Positions 28,631-44,214 of a stretch of DNA of 64,000 nt are shown here, one piece after another. The translations under genes were made by a program, and so were the position numbers. Within the stretch, counting starts at the first letter, position 1. Every line of letters begins with the position of its first letter. The DNA is from the human T2T-CHM13v2.0 reference genome, Homo sapiens: NCBI RefSeq assembly GCF_009914755.1, contig NC_060933.1; one strand, given 5' to 3'. The notes beneath the pieces were generated by a model. That model was not told the DNA's origin, did not search any database, and saw only the letters and a program-made list of their open reading frames with translations.

Positions 28631-28967
28631 CCATCCTTTCATAATTTTTCTCAAACTTTCTTACATAATTTTCTATGCCTTTTCCTTAGTATTTCATTCT
28701 TTCTCTGGTGATGTGCCATAAAAATCCATACCCATGAAATTTTCATGTATGAGTCAGTTTATTGGAAGAATCTATATCCTGTTTCCTCGTTTAATTTGTA
28801 TACCTCTGCTTCACTGCCACTAGCTTTTTATTATGTTTCGGTATCTGGAAGGGTAAATTCCTGATCTTCTTTTACTACAAAATAACCTTTACTAATCTGC
28901 TTATAAAGTTGTCATCAAGTTATTGATTTCTATGAAATTAAATATTGGGATTATATGGAATTTATAG

Positions 28968-29269
<302 letters not shown>

Positions 29270-29759
29270 AACAGGTTATTTTTTTAAAAAGTTAGCATAT
29301 TTAGGGCAAAGAGGCTTTCTAACCATAGACAGATATATTTCTCTGACTATGAAGTATTAAAATCCTTCAATAAGGTTTTATTATCTTCACTTACTTTGTT
29401 AGATTTTTGCTTAGGTTCTTTGTATCTCATGTACTATTGCAAACGTCATTATTTTACATTACATTTCCTAACTCTCTGATGCTGGTATTGAAAAGCATGC
29501 TTCATATTCAGGTGTTGATCTTGTACTTAATGATACTTAGCAATTATCTTTTATTCTATTTGACACATTATAAAGCTATAAGTCTAAAGGAGAATGAGAT
29601 ATAGAGTGTCTAGAGTTGACTACCAGATCACCAAGAATAAATTTGTCTACCTTCCCAAATATGAGGATCATATTAAGTGTATTTTGTATGCTCCTTTTAC
29701 CTATAACTTTATTCTATTTTTACTGTTACATTTCACATAACCCCAACTTTATAAGACTA

Positions 29760-29900
29760 GCTAATAATTATTGAGCTCCTTTTACATGACCTAAGAAATT
29801 AAGCAAATTGCCAAAGACTACATAGCTAGTAGATGGCAAAGCCAATGATAGAATCCAAAAATTTATCTTCAGTGCTTGTGCTTTTAATTACTGTTGTGTA
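29760..29900 (-). mobile_element. MIR relic
   Basis: 'aaattaagcaaattgccaaagactacatagctagtagatggcaaagcc'. Confidence 0.6.
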
Positions 29901-30531
29901 CTAGCACAATAATTTTTCTCCTTTTAGTATGGTGTTAGGAGAAATTAGAAACAATGGTATATATTTACATAACAGTCAATGCAAGATACGTCTCCAAAAT
30001 ACCACTATTCCTGTAGGTAACTTTTGCACCAGATAATTTATTTTCTGAAGTTTTTCATTACTTTACTACCATGATAAGAAAACACAAGGAAAAGGAACTC
30101 TAGTCAGATCCTTCATTACCAGTTTACCTCTAGTTGTTTTAGTAAAATTTTTTTCTTGTCATGTAGGTCTCACCTATTCCCATTAAGGCTATTCCATGCC
30201 CCATCAGCCCTCGCTAAGCCCCATTACAAACTTTATCTTTTTGTGAATAAACTTTTGAGGAAACACTAATGACAAGCATCAACTCTTTTCCAGGGTTCTA
30301 TATAAATCTTTTTTATAAAAGAGACTTTTCTAGCATGATCTGAGTACTAAATAATACTTTTCTTCCCCAATTGAAGACATGGATGATAGATTTCTAGCAG
30401 AAGGAAGACCAGAACGTCCTGATATTATAAGGGAAACATACATAGTCATGATATAGATACTGCTGTTATGATGATGAGATAATGTGGAGTGAAAGAGAAA
30501 TAACTTAAGTAAAATTATGAAATAGGTATAA

Positions 30532-30808
<277 letters not shown>

Positions 30809-30839
30809 TTAAAAGGATCCTGCATAAACAAGCTAACTT

Positions 30840-30980
30840 AATTTTTACGTCTCTATGAAATGGGAGATATTATTATTTCCACTTACAGATGAAGAAACAG
30901 AAAGGCCCAAGATTGCATAGTTAGTAAGGTGCGCAGTCAGGATGCCATCTTAGGCAGGCTGTCCCCAGAGACCAAAGTTT
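30840..30980 (-). mobile_element. MIR relic
   Basis: Core 'attattatttccacttacagatgaagaaacaga...cccaagattgcatagttagtaagg'. Confidence 0.65.
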
Positions 30981-31761
30981 ACAGTATCAAACAGCACATT
31001 TCTAACACTGGTTGGGCATTAGCTGGCCTAAAATTGTAAGGGAGAACTGCTCCTCTTCATCCCAGGGCATCTATGTATAGTTCTCCATGTAAAAGGTAAC
31101 TATTATGAATCAGTTTCTGAAGGTCAGAGTCTTCTTTGCATTGTTTTGGTTTGCTTCGGTTTGTTCTCCATCCAAAACATTGTACCAGATAGCATGTTTC
31201 TATCCATCAACCGTGTCATGGGCATTTTATTTTATCCAGTTTCAGTTGTTCCGAATAATTATTTACTTTGAGTGTTCCCCAAAGCCTTCAGTAAACTTAA
31301 AACCCAGAATGTAGACTCTATTTTAAATCAAACATTTACTTCCAAATCTAGTGAAAATCTAATAATCCCCTAATGTGTGATATAGTAACAAAGTCATAGA
31401 AATTCTAACTTATTTATGTATATTTTAATTGCCTATAACCAGGTTATCCTTTTCATTTGCATTATACCTTTAATTTTACGGGATAGGTGACCAATTAAAA
31501 TTAAAAAACAGAATTGAAAGATTGAATAAATTTATACCTAGTAAGTGACAAAACTGGGATGTGAACACAGTTCTCATTTTCAGTTATTAACTATGACTAA
31601 TTCTGATGGCATATTTTTCAATATGACAAGGTGATGTATTTGTGGTTAATACTTCAGTCAGTAGGGAATACAACATATGTGTCCAGGTAGATGTGTGGCA
31701 CGTTTAGTTTCTTCATGGATAACTCTGCCACACACATTGAAATTTGAGCACAGTAAAGACT

Positions 31762-32893
31762 TGTGATGATTATTTGTTGTGTCAACTTGGCTAGGCCAAG
31801 GAATTCCCAGCTATCTAGTAAAGCACACTATTTCTTTATGTTTCTGTGAGGGTGTTCCTGAAAGGTATTAACAGTTTTATATTCATATATATATGTATAT
31901 AATTCATATATATGTATATACTCTCCATATATATTTTTATATATCCATATATTTATCCATTTATCCATATATTTTATATATCCATATATTTATATATTTT
32001 TATATATTATATATCCATATATTTATAAAAATATAAATATATATTTATATATCTATATATATAACATATGTGATATAAAGATATTTATATAAATATATAA
32101 TATATTAATATAAATATATATTTATAAAAATATACTATCTTTGTATAAATATATAATATATTAATATAAATATATATTTATATAAATATAATATATTATA
32201 TATTATATTATATATTATATAATATATACTATATTTATATAAATATAGTATATATAATATATTTTTATATATTTATATAAATATAGTACATATTTATATA
32301 GATACATATAAATATATTACATATTTATATAGCTATATTTATATTACATATATTACATATTTATATAGCTATATTTATATTACATATATTACATATTTAT
32401 ATAGCTATATTTATATTACATATATTACATATTTATATAGCTATATTTATATTACATATATTATATATTTATATAGCTGTATGTATATTACATATATATT
32501 TATATAGCTGTATGTATATTACATATATTATATATTTATATAGCTGTATGTATATTACATATATTATATATTTATATAGATGTATGTATATTACATATAT
32601 TATATTTTTATATAGATGTATGTATATTACATATATTTATATAGATATATGTATATTACATATATTATATATTTATATAGATATATTTATATGACATATA
32701 TTATATATTTATATAGATATATTTATATGACATATATGATATATTTATATAGATATATTTATATGACATATAAATATAGCTATATTTATATGACATATAT
32801 TATATATTTATATAGATATATTTATATTACATATATATAAAATCTCAAATATATATTCAATAAGTTCTGTTTCTCTGGAGAACACTAATATCA
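31762..32893 (+). mobile_element. MLT2-family (ERVL) LTR with its interior replaced by an AT-rich array
   Basis: 5' end 'tgtgatgattatttgttgtgtcaacttggctaggcc...tctgtgagggtgttcc' and 3' end 'gttctgtttctctggagaacactaata'. Confidence 0.75.
31878..32840. repeat. ~1 kb AT-rich low-complexity array including a 36-bp VNTR (~32305-32840)
   Basis: Unit such as tattacatatattatatatttatatagctgtatgta (36 bp), which gives the 12-aa periodic ORFs in the track. Confidence 0.95.
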
Positions 32894-33199
32894 GAGATTT
32901 TAAAATATTAAAATAATAAGCTATTATTTTGAATCTGAATGCAGGCAGCTTTAGTTTAAATGAACCAGTAAAGCCATATTTGTGTGATAATTCTTTGAAG
33001 GAAGCAATGGTACTTAGAGATTAATTACATATGAAGAATGAGAGATACGTATGAGTTAAATGTAACTCTAAAGGTTTGTAACATGAATGAACAGGTGTAT
33101 GGCAAAATAGAAATAAAAAAGCAGAATTTTGGAAATACTCAGAAGTCAATTATTAACAAGTTAAGCTAGAATGTATGTAAAACTTTAAGCTAGGAAAAT

Positions 33200-33480
33200 C
33201 TAGTGTTCAGTCAGAAGTGAGGTTGGGAGCTGGGAGTTTTGGGGTCTTGAAATACACATTTAAATTTATCAGCATATAAGTAACATTTGAAACCTTGGGC
33301 TCCGATACCATTCTTTTGGAAGAAAATATGGAAAGAGAAAACAGGGACAGAAACCACTGAAAACAAACACAAGAAAATTTGACAATTGAGCTAGTCCAAT
33401 AAACTACATACAAGGGAGACCAAGATGTGATGGATGTGGATGAAGCAAATGAATTATGGAATAAATTGAATTTGGAATTG
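33200..33480 (-). mobile_element. L2 relic flanking the L1PA3
   Basis: 'ttgggagctgggag...atcagcatataagtaacatttgaaacc' is L2-like; diverged. Confidence 0.45.
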
Positions 33481-33716
33481 TCAATATTATCTTATTTTTG
33501 AAGTTCAGTTTTATTATACTTTAAGTTTTAGGGTACATGTGCACAATGTGCAGGTTAGTTACATATGTATACATGTGACATGCTGGTGCGCTGCACCTAC
33601 TAACTCGTCATCTAGCATTAGGTATATCTCCCAATGCTATCCCTCCCCCTCACCCCACCCCACAACAGTCCCCAGAGCGTGATGTTCCCCTTCCTGTGTC
33701 CATGGGTTCTCATTGT

Positions 33717-37535
<3,819 letters not shown>

Positions 37536-37601
37536 TATGTTAGCTGGTTATTTTGCTCGTTAGTTGATGTTGATGCAGTTTCTTCCTAGTCTCGATGGTC
37601 T

Positions 37602-38617
37602 TTACATTTTGGCATGGTTTTGCAGCGGCTGGTAACGGTTGTTCCTTACCATGTTTAGCGCTTCCTTCAGGAGCTCTTTTAGGGCAGGCCTGGTGGTGAC
37701 AAAATCTGTCAGCATTTGCTTGTCTGTAAAGGATTTTATTTCTCCTTCACTTATGAAGCTTAGTTTGGCTGGATATGAAATTCTGGGTTGAAAATTCTTT
37801 TCTTTAAGAACGTTGAATATTGGCCCCCACTCTCTTCTGGCTTGTAGAGTTTCTCCCGAGAGATCCGCTGTTAGTCTGATGGGCTTCCCTTTGAGGGTAA
37901 CCCGACCTTTGTCTCTGGCTGCCCTTAACATTTTTCCTTCATTTCAACTTTGGTGAATCTGACAATTATGTGTCTTGGAGTTGCTCTTCTCGAGGAGTAT
38001 CTTTGTGGCATTCTCTGTATTTTCTGAATCTGAATGTTGGCCTGCCTTGCTAGATTGGGGAAGTTCTCCTGGATAATATCCTGCAGAGTGTTTTCCACCT
38101 TGGTTCCATTCTCCCCGTCACTTTCAGGTACACCAATCAGACGTAGATTTGGTCTTTTCACATAGTCCCATATTTCTTGGAGGCTTTGCTCATTTCTTTT
38201 TATTCTTTTTTCTCTAAACTTCCCTTCTCGCTTCATTTCATTCATTTCATCTTCCATCACTGATACCCTTTCTTCCAGTTGATCACATCGGCTCCTGAGG
38301 CTTCTGCATTCTTCACGTAGTTCTCGAGCCTTGGTTTTCAGCTCCATCAGCTCCTTTAAGCACTTCTCTGTATTGGTTATTCTAGTTATACATTCTTCTA
38401 AATTCTTTTCAAAGTTTTCAACTTCTTTGCCTTTGGTTTGAATGTCCTCCCATATCTTGGAGTAATTTGATTGTCTGAAGCCTCCTTCTCTCAGTTCGTC
38501 AAAGTCATTCTCCATCCAGCTTTGTTCCGTTGCTGGTGAGGAACTGTGTTCCTTTGGAGGAGGAGAGGTGCTCTGCTTTTTAGAGTTTCCAGTTTTTCTG
38601 CTCTGTTTTTTCCCCAT
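37602..38617 (-). pseudogene. L1 ORF1p with a single frameshift near 37930
   Basis: The 230-aa MGKKQSRKTG... ORF and the 109-aa ...QPLQNHAKM ORF overlap at 37925-37931. Confidence 0.95.
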
Positions 38618-39071
38618 CTTTGTGGTTTTATCTACTTTTGGTCTTTGATGATGGTGATGTACAGATGGGATTTTGTGTGGATGTCCTTTCTGTTTGTTAG
38701 TTTTCCTTCTAACAGACAGGACCCTCAGCTGCAGGTCTGTTGGAGTACCCGGCCATGTGAAGTGTCAGTCTGCCCCTGCTGGGGGGTGCCTCCCAGTTAG
38801 GCTGCTTGGGGGTCAGGGGTCAGGGACCCACTTGAGGAGGCAATCTGCCCATTCTCAGATCTCTGGCTGCATGCTGGGAGAACCACTGCTCTCTTCAAAG
38901 CTGTCAGACAGGGACATTTAAGTCTGCAGAGGTTACTGCTGTCTTTTTGTTTGTCTGTGCCCTGCCCCCAGAGGTGGAGCCTACAGAGGTAGGCAGGCCT
39001 CCTTGAGCTGTGTTGGGCTCCACCCAGTTCTAGCTTCCCGGCTGCTTTGTTTACCTAAGCAAGCCTGGGAA

Positions 39072-39380
39072 ATGGCGGGCACCCCTCCCCCAGCCTCGCT
39101 GCTGCCTTGCAGTTTGATCTCAGACTGCTGTGCTAGCAATCAGCGAGACTCCGTGGGCGTAGGACCCTCCGAGCCAGGTGCGGGATATAATCTCCTGGTG
39201 CGCCGTTTTTTAAGCCCGTCAGAAAAGCGCAGTATTCGGGTTGGAGTGACCCGATTTTCCAGGTGCCGTCTGTCACCCCTTTCTTTGACTAAGAAAGGGA
39301 ACTCCCTGACCCCTTGTGCTTCCCGAGTGAGGCAATGCCTCGCCGTGCTTTGGCTCTTGCACGGTGCACACACCCACTGA
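39072..39380 (+). CDS. ORF0: L1 antisense ORF0, open, 102 aa
   Basis: MAGTPPPASLLPCSLISDCCASNQRDSVGVGPSEPG... matches primate L1 ORF0; ATG in gaaATGG context. Expression is unknown. Confidence 0.75.
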   Translation: MAGTPPPASLLPCSLISDCCASNQRDSVGVGPSEPGAGYNLLVRRFLSPSEKRSIRVGVTRFSRCRLSPLSLTKKGNSLTPCASRVRQCLAVLWLLHGAHTH

Positions 39381-39502
39381 CCTGCGCCCACTGTCTGGCA
39401 CTCCCTAGTAAGATGAACCCAGTACCTCAGATGGAAATGCAGAAATCACCCCTCTTCTGTGTCGCTCATGCTAGGAGCTGTAGACTGGAGCTGTTCCTAT
39501 TT

Positions 39503-39512
39503 GGCCATCTTG
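39503..39512 (-). promoter_or_regulatory. YY1 site of the L1PA3 5' UTR promoter
   Basis: CAAGATGGCC is intact on the minus strand. Confidence 0.8.
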
Positions 39513-39984
39513 GCTCCTCCCTGAAGTTCAGTTTTAAAGAAAAGGAAGGAGTTTGGACAGTAATTTGGAGATCAATTTTGTATAAACCAAATGATTTCAT
39601 CATAGTTTTCAGACGTCAGAACAGTTTTGTTTTTTTATGTGTGTTTTATAGACTACGTAAACGAGAAAAGTATTTTGAGGAAGGGGTAAATTGGCTTGAT
39701 TTGATCCTTAATGTTTATTTTAAAAACTGCTTAATATTAATCTACTAGATTGACTATTCATTTATTAAAGTAGTTACTGATGTTGAGAAGATTTTTGAAT
39801 GATAATCAGAACGGGATAAAAACACATTTTAATGTTTGTATATGACACTTCAGAGATCATATGGTGTTTCTCTAGACATCAGTATCTCAGCTTTGTTACT
39901 TTCCAATGCTGTGATATTACACAAGTTTCTTTTTTGTCACTTCTGCCTCTATTAATGATGACGTTGAGTAAAAAGCTCATTTTC

Positions 39985-40190
39985 ATCAGGCATTTACTTG
40001 GGCCAGACCCTAGAGCCTAAAGAGCTCCTATGACTTCTCATTTAAACGTTCCAGCAAGCTGATGTGCTAAGTATGACTACAATGGGAGTCCATTTGTAGA
40101 TAAAGAAATGGTGACTTGCCCAAGTTTATATAACTAATTAGCAGAGGAATGGGGATTTGATTTTCAGGAGTTCACTCTTATTCATTATGT
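39985..40190 (-). mobile_element. MIR relic
   Basis: 'ccatttgtagataaagaaatggtgacttgcccaagtttatataacta...ggggatttga'. Confidence 0.6.
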
Positions 40191-41154
40191 CACACATTTT
40201 CTCTAGTAAGAAAAGTAACTTGATAAGTATTGACCTCATAGGATTTTGCTGTTGCTTCAGTGTGATAACGTATGTAAAATATGTAGATTAATGTCAGACA
40301 ATTTTTAATTTTAAATACATATTTGTATTAATTGGTGTTATAGCTTTTATTATATAATTTTATTTGAATTCATGGATACTCAAGAGTTAATTTTAATTTT
40401 TCCTAAACCAATGTGGTTGTAATTTGAAAATCATACTTTTAACAAAGGCCATAATTTCTTTCTGCCTATATTATACACGCACATATACAGATGTATTGCA
40501 TCCATATATTTTGTTCCCCATATTTTCTATGTTTTTAATGATAATTCAGTTTTTCCATCTGTACACTGTCATATTAAACTTAAATTGAGACAGTTCTTCT
40601 GTGTACTGCTTCCTTCATTCTATCTTCATTTGACCTGAAAATCTATTATCAAAAGCTGTACAAATTGAATCATTAGACTGACTTTAACAGCATATTTTAG
40701 TTCAATTGCAATATCTCCATTGCCTCTGAAAGCAGTTGAATTGAAAAGAAATCCTGCCTTCATACTTTATGAACATGTAGGTTTCCTGTCAAAGAAATGT
40801 GTTATCAACTTACTTCAAAGAGTGAAACCAAACTACCAGAACACATTCATTTCTATCTGCAATCCTCACTTCAGTAGTTTGGCTAAAGTTCTGATTTCCA
40901 AAACCCTTCATCAGAATGACCTCCAGTAGAGGTTACTCCATTTCCTCTAGGCAGCGACTGTTCAGTGACACAACCAGAGAAATAACTTTCGATAGCTGTC
41001 ATCATACATGCAGCAACGATGGGCATTTCCTTTGATATTCTGAAAGTAAAAAACTGTACTGTTTATACACCTGTTTATTCACTTTGGGCTAATATCTGAT
41101 GAGTTAATAAATTAACTAGTTTTTTAAATTGTTTTTATCTCAGCTTTATCTTTT

Positions 41155-41270
41155 ACTATCTGTTTGACTTTGGATAGAATCCTTAACTCTATGCCTTAAT
41201 TATCCCTTCAGCAAAATATAACAGGAATAACAAAATAATGCCTTCATCAAGTTCTTATGAGGATTATCTA
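41155..41270 (+). mobile_element. MIR relic
   Basis: 'tgtttgactttggatagaatccttaactctatgcctt...ttatgaggatta'. Confidence 0.5.
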
Positions 41271-41287
41271 AGTAAACTTTAACTATT

Positions 41288-41505
41288 TTTGTTGTTGTTG
41301 TTTGTTTGTTAAGAGACAGTGTCTCCCTTTGTTGTTGGGGCTGGAGTGCACTGGCAAGATCATAGCTCACTGAAGCCTTAAACTCCTAGGCTCAAGCAAT
41401 CCTCCTGCCTCACCCTCCCAAGTAGCTGAAATTACAGGCATAAAACACAACACCCAGATATATATATATAATATATATTATATATTTATAAAATATATAT
41501 ATATT

Positions 41506-41564
<59 letters not shown>

Positions 41565-41681
41565 ATAAAGACAAGGTCTTGCTGTATTGCCCAGGCTGCT
41601 TTTTAACTCCTGGGCTCCCAGTCCTCCCACCTCAGCCTCCCAAAGCACTGGGATTACAGGTGTGAGTGACTGCCCTCTGCC
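41288..41681 (-). mobile_element. AluJ with a (TA)n expansion in the central linker
   Basis: AluJ diagnostics 'gatcatagctcactgaagcc...ctcaagcaatcctcc'; TSD aaactttaact at 41274-41284 and 41682-41692; TA array at ~41458-41561. Confidence 0.9.
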
Positions 41682-42910
41682 AAACTTTAACTCTTTCACC
41701 TTTGACATATACGATGTCTGCCTTCATCTCCCCTTACACCCACCAGTTTCTCTCCATTTCTCCCAGTTTCTTTATTGTTTGAGATGACATGTCTTCATAT
41801 GACTTACAAGGTCTCTGTCTGGAAATGAGGTTCATTGAGATGCACCCTTCTTTTCCTTACTGGAGGTCTTTGGGCTCCAATTATTCTAAAATCCAATTCC
41901 CTGGATGCCTTCCTAGTTTATTGAAAAACACTGACTATTAGGGTTGCTGCAGTCTCCTGCAAAATGTGTAAAGAATTCAAAAATGATCAATCTAAAACTG
42001 GAAACTTCTCTACAGTATTATTTAAATTGTCAAGGACAGTCAATCTAATATAAACATTGAGTGCAAGATGGCTTAAAAATAAAAATTATTGCTATGGATA
42101 AAAATAACATAAATTTGACCACTTATCTTAAATGAAAATTGACAGTGATTTCTCCCTCTGTTAACAGATTTTAACCTAAAGGCTCAATTTGAGGGCTCTA
42201 AAACATGAAGTCCTTAGGCCAAGAACTCATGTCTTCTCAGTTTGCCATGATTTGGTTTTTCAAAAACTTTTTCTGCTGAAGTCAACCTTCAAATGATAGT
42301 TATGCAAAAGTACTCCCTTAAATACTACCCACTTGCACATTTGTGGTAGCTTTATTGATTTATTGCTGTAATTGTAACAGGATTTTATTTTTTCTCTTTT
42401 TGATGTTCTGCGTTGTTATTATTCTCTATGACCCTGAACAGGGCCAAAGGCTAAGGCATCTATGTCTAGAATCCAGGGTGCATTGTCAAGTCCTTGTCCC
42501 TATAGGCTGGGATCAAACTTGCTATTTCTTTTTTTTTTTTTTTTCAGAGATTGTACCTTTGTTCTTAAAAGCAGTTCATGGTGTTCTTCCTTACTCCTTA
42601 AGAAATACATAGAACTCTCATTTTATTGATAGAGATGAGATGGCTTAGAGAGCTTACATTTCATTGAATTTCTATAAAGATTCCTCTACCTTTTCTACCT
42701 TGCCTTAGTTTTAACTTTTTTATGCTACATTAATGCTGTATTTGCCCATCCTCACCCTTGCCATCAATCTCTTCCCACCTAATTTATCCTCCAAAGCACT
42801 GTCTGTCTTAGGGTGATTCCATCATGTCGTCACTTGTATTTTAATGACTTCCCATGACATTTTGATAAAATACAAACTCTTTGGACATGTACATAGGCTT
42901 ATTAGATATA

Positions 42911-44090
42911 TACTTATGGGCTGCATAACAATGTTTTGGTCTGTGATGGCCACATATATGATGGTGGTCCTATAAGATTATAATAATGGAGCTGAAAAAT
43001 TTATATTGCATAATGATGACCTAGATGTCACAATGTCATAGTGCAATGCATTACTCATGTGTTTGCGATGATGCTGGTGTAAACAAACTTATTCTTCTAC
43101 CAGTCATATGAAAGTATAGCACATACAATTATGTACAATACAGAATACTTGAAATGATATTAAACTATGTTACTGCTTAATGTATTTACTACACTATACT
43201 TTTTATTATTATTGCAGAGTGTACTTCTACTTATATAAAAAGAAGTTTTTTGTGTAAAACACCTCATGTTTACATTTAAGTTAATGTAAAACAGCTTAAT
43301 GTTACATATAAGTTAAATGTAAAACAGTTTCAGCCACATCCTGGAGAAAGTATTCCTTCCATTATTATAGGAGGTTACAGCTCCATGCATGTTATTGCCA
43401 CTGAAGACCTTCCAGTGGAATAAGATGTGGAGGTGAAAGTGATATTGATTATGCTGATCCTGTGTAGGTCTAGGCTAATGTTTGTGTTTGTGTCTTAGTT
43501 TTTAATAAAAAAGTTTAAAAAGTAAAAAAAAAAATAAAAATTCAAAAACTTCTAAAACTTTAAAAATGTTTATAAAACAAAAAGTTTATAAAGTTAAAAG
43601 AAGTTACGGTAAGCTAAAGTTAATTTCTTATCTAAGAAGAGCTTTTTAAATAGATTAAGTGCAGCCTAATTGCACACAGTGTTTGTAAATTATACTAGCA
43701 ATGTACAGTAATGTCCTATGCCTTTACATTCCCTCATCACTCAGTCATTGACTCACCCAGAAAAGCATCTAATCCTGCAAGATCCTTTAATTTTTAAGGG
43801 ACCTATACAGGTGTACCTTTAAAAAATTATACCATATCTTACTGTACTTTTCTATGTTTAAATACACAAATACTTACCATTGTGTTACAGTTGTCTACAA
43901 TATTCAGTGGGGCAGCGTGTTGTGCAAGTTTGTTGCCTAGGAGCAATAAGCTATACCATATAGCCTAGATGTATACTAGGCTGTAACATCTAGGTTTCTG
44001 TATGTACACTGTATGATGATCACACAACAAGAAAATTGCCCAAGGATACATTTCTCAGAATGTAGCCCCGTTGTTAAACATACACGACTG
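42911..44090 (+). mobile_element. Tigger3b (GOLEM-derived TcMar DNA transposon, non-autonomous)
   Basis: '...gatggtggtcctataagattataataatggagctgaaaaatt' near the start and '...catttctcagaatgtagccccgttgttaaacatacacgactg' at the end; TA on both sides; ~1.18 kb. Confidence 0.85.
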
Positions 44091-44214
44091 TAATCCCAAC
44101 TACTAAACATCGTCTTGCACCATACCTCCCCTGGGCTTGCTACACCACAACTATACTTGTTTTTTGTTTGTTTGTTTGTTTGTTTCTCTGTTTTTCTATC
44201 CATTTTGCAACACT

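Noticed and set aside
32305-32840. CRISPR-like array or repeat-protein gene (36-bp period, MYITYIIYLY ORFs)
   Set aside because: Head-to-tail AT-rich units with no unique spacers, no cas genes, and a primate context. The ORFs are translation artefacts of the VNTR.
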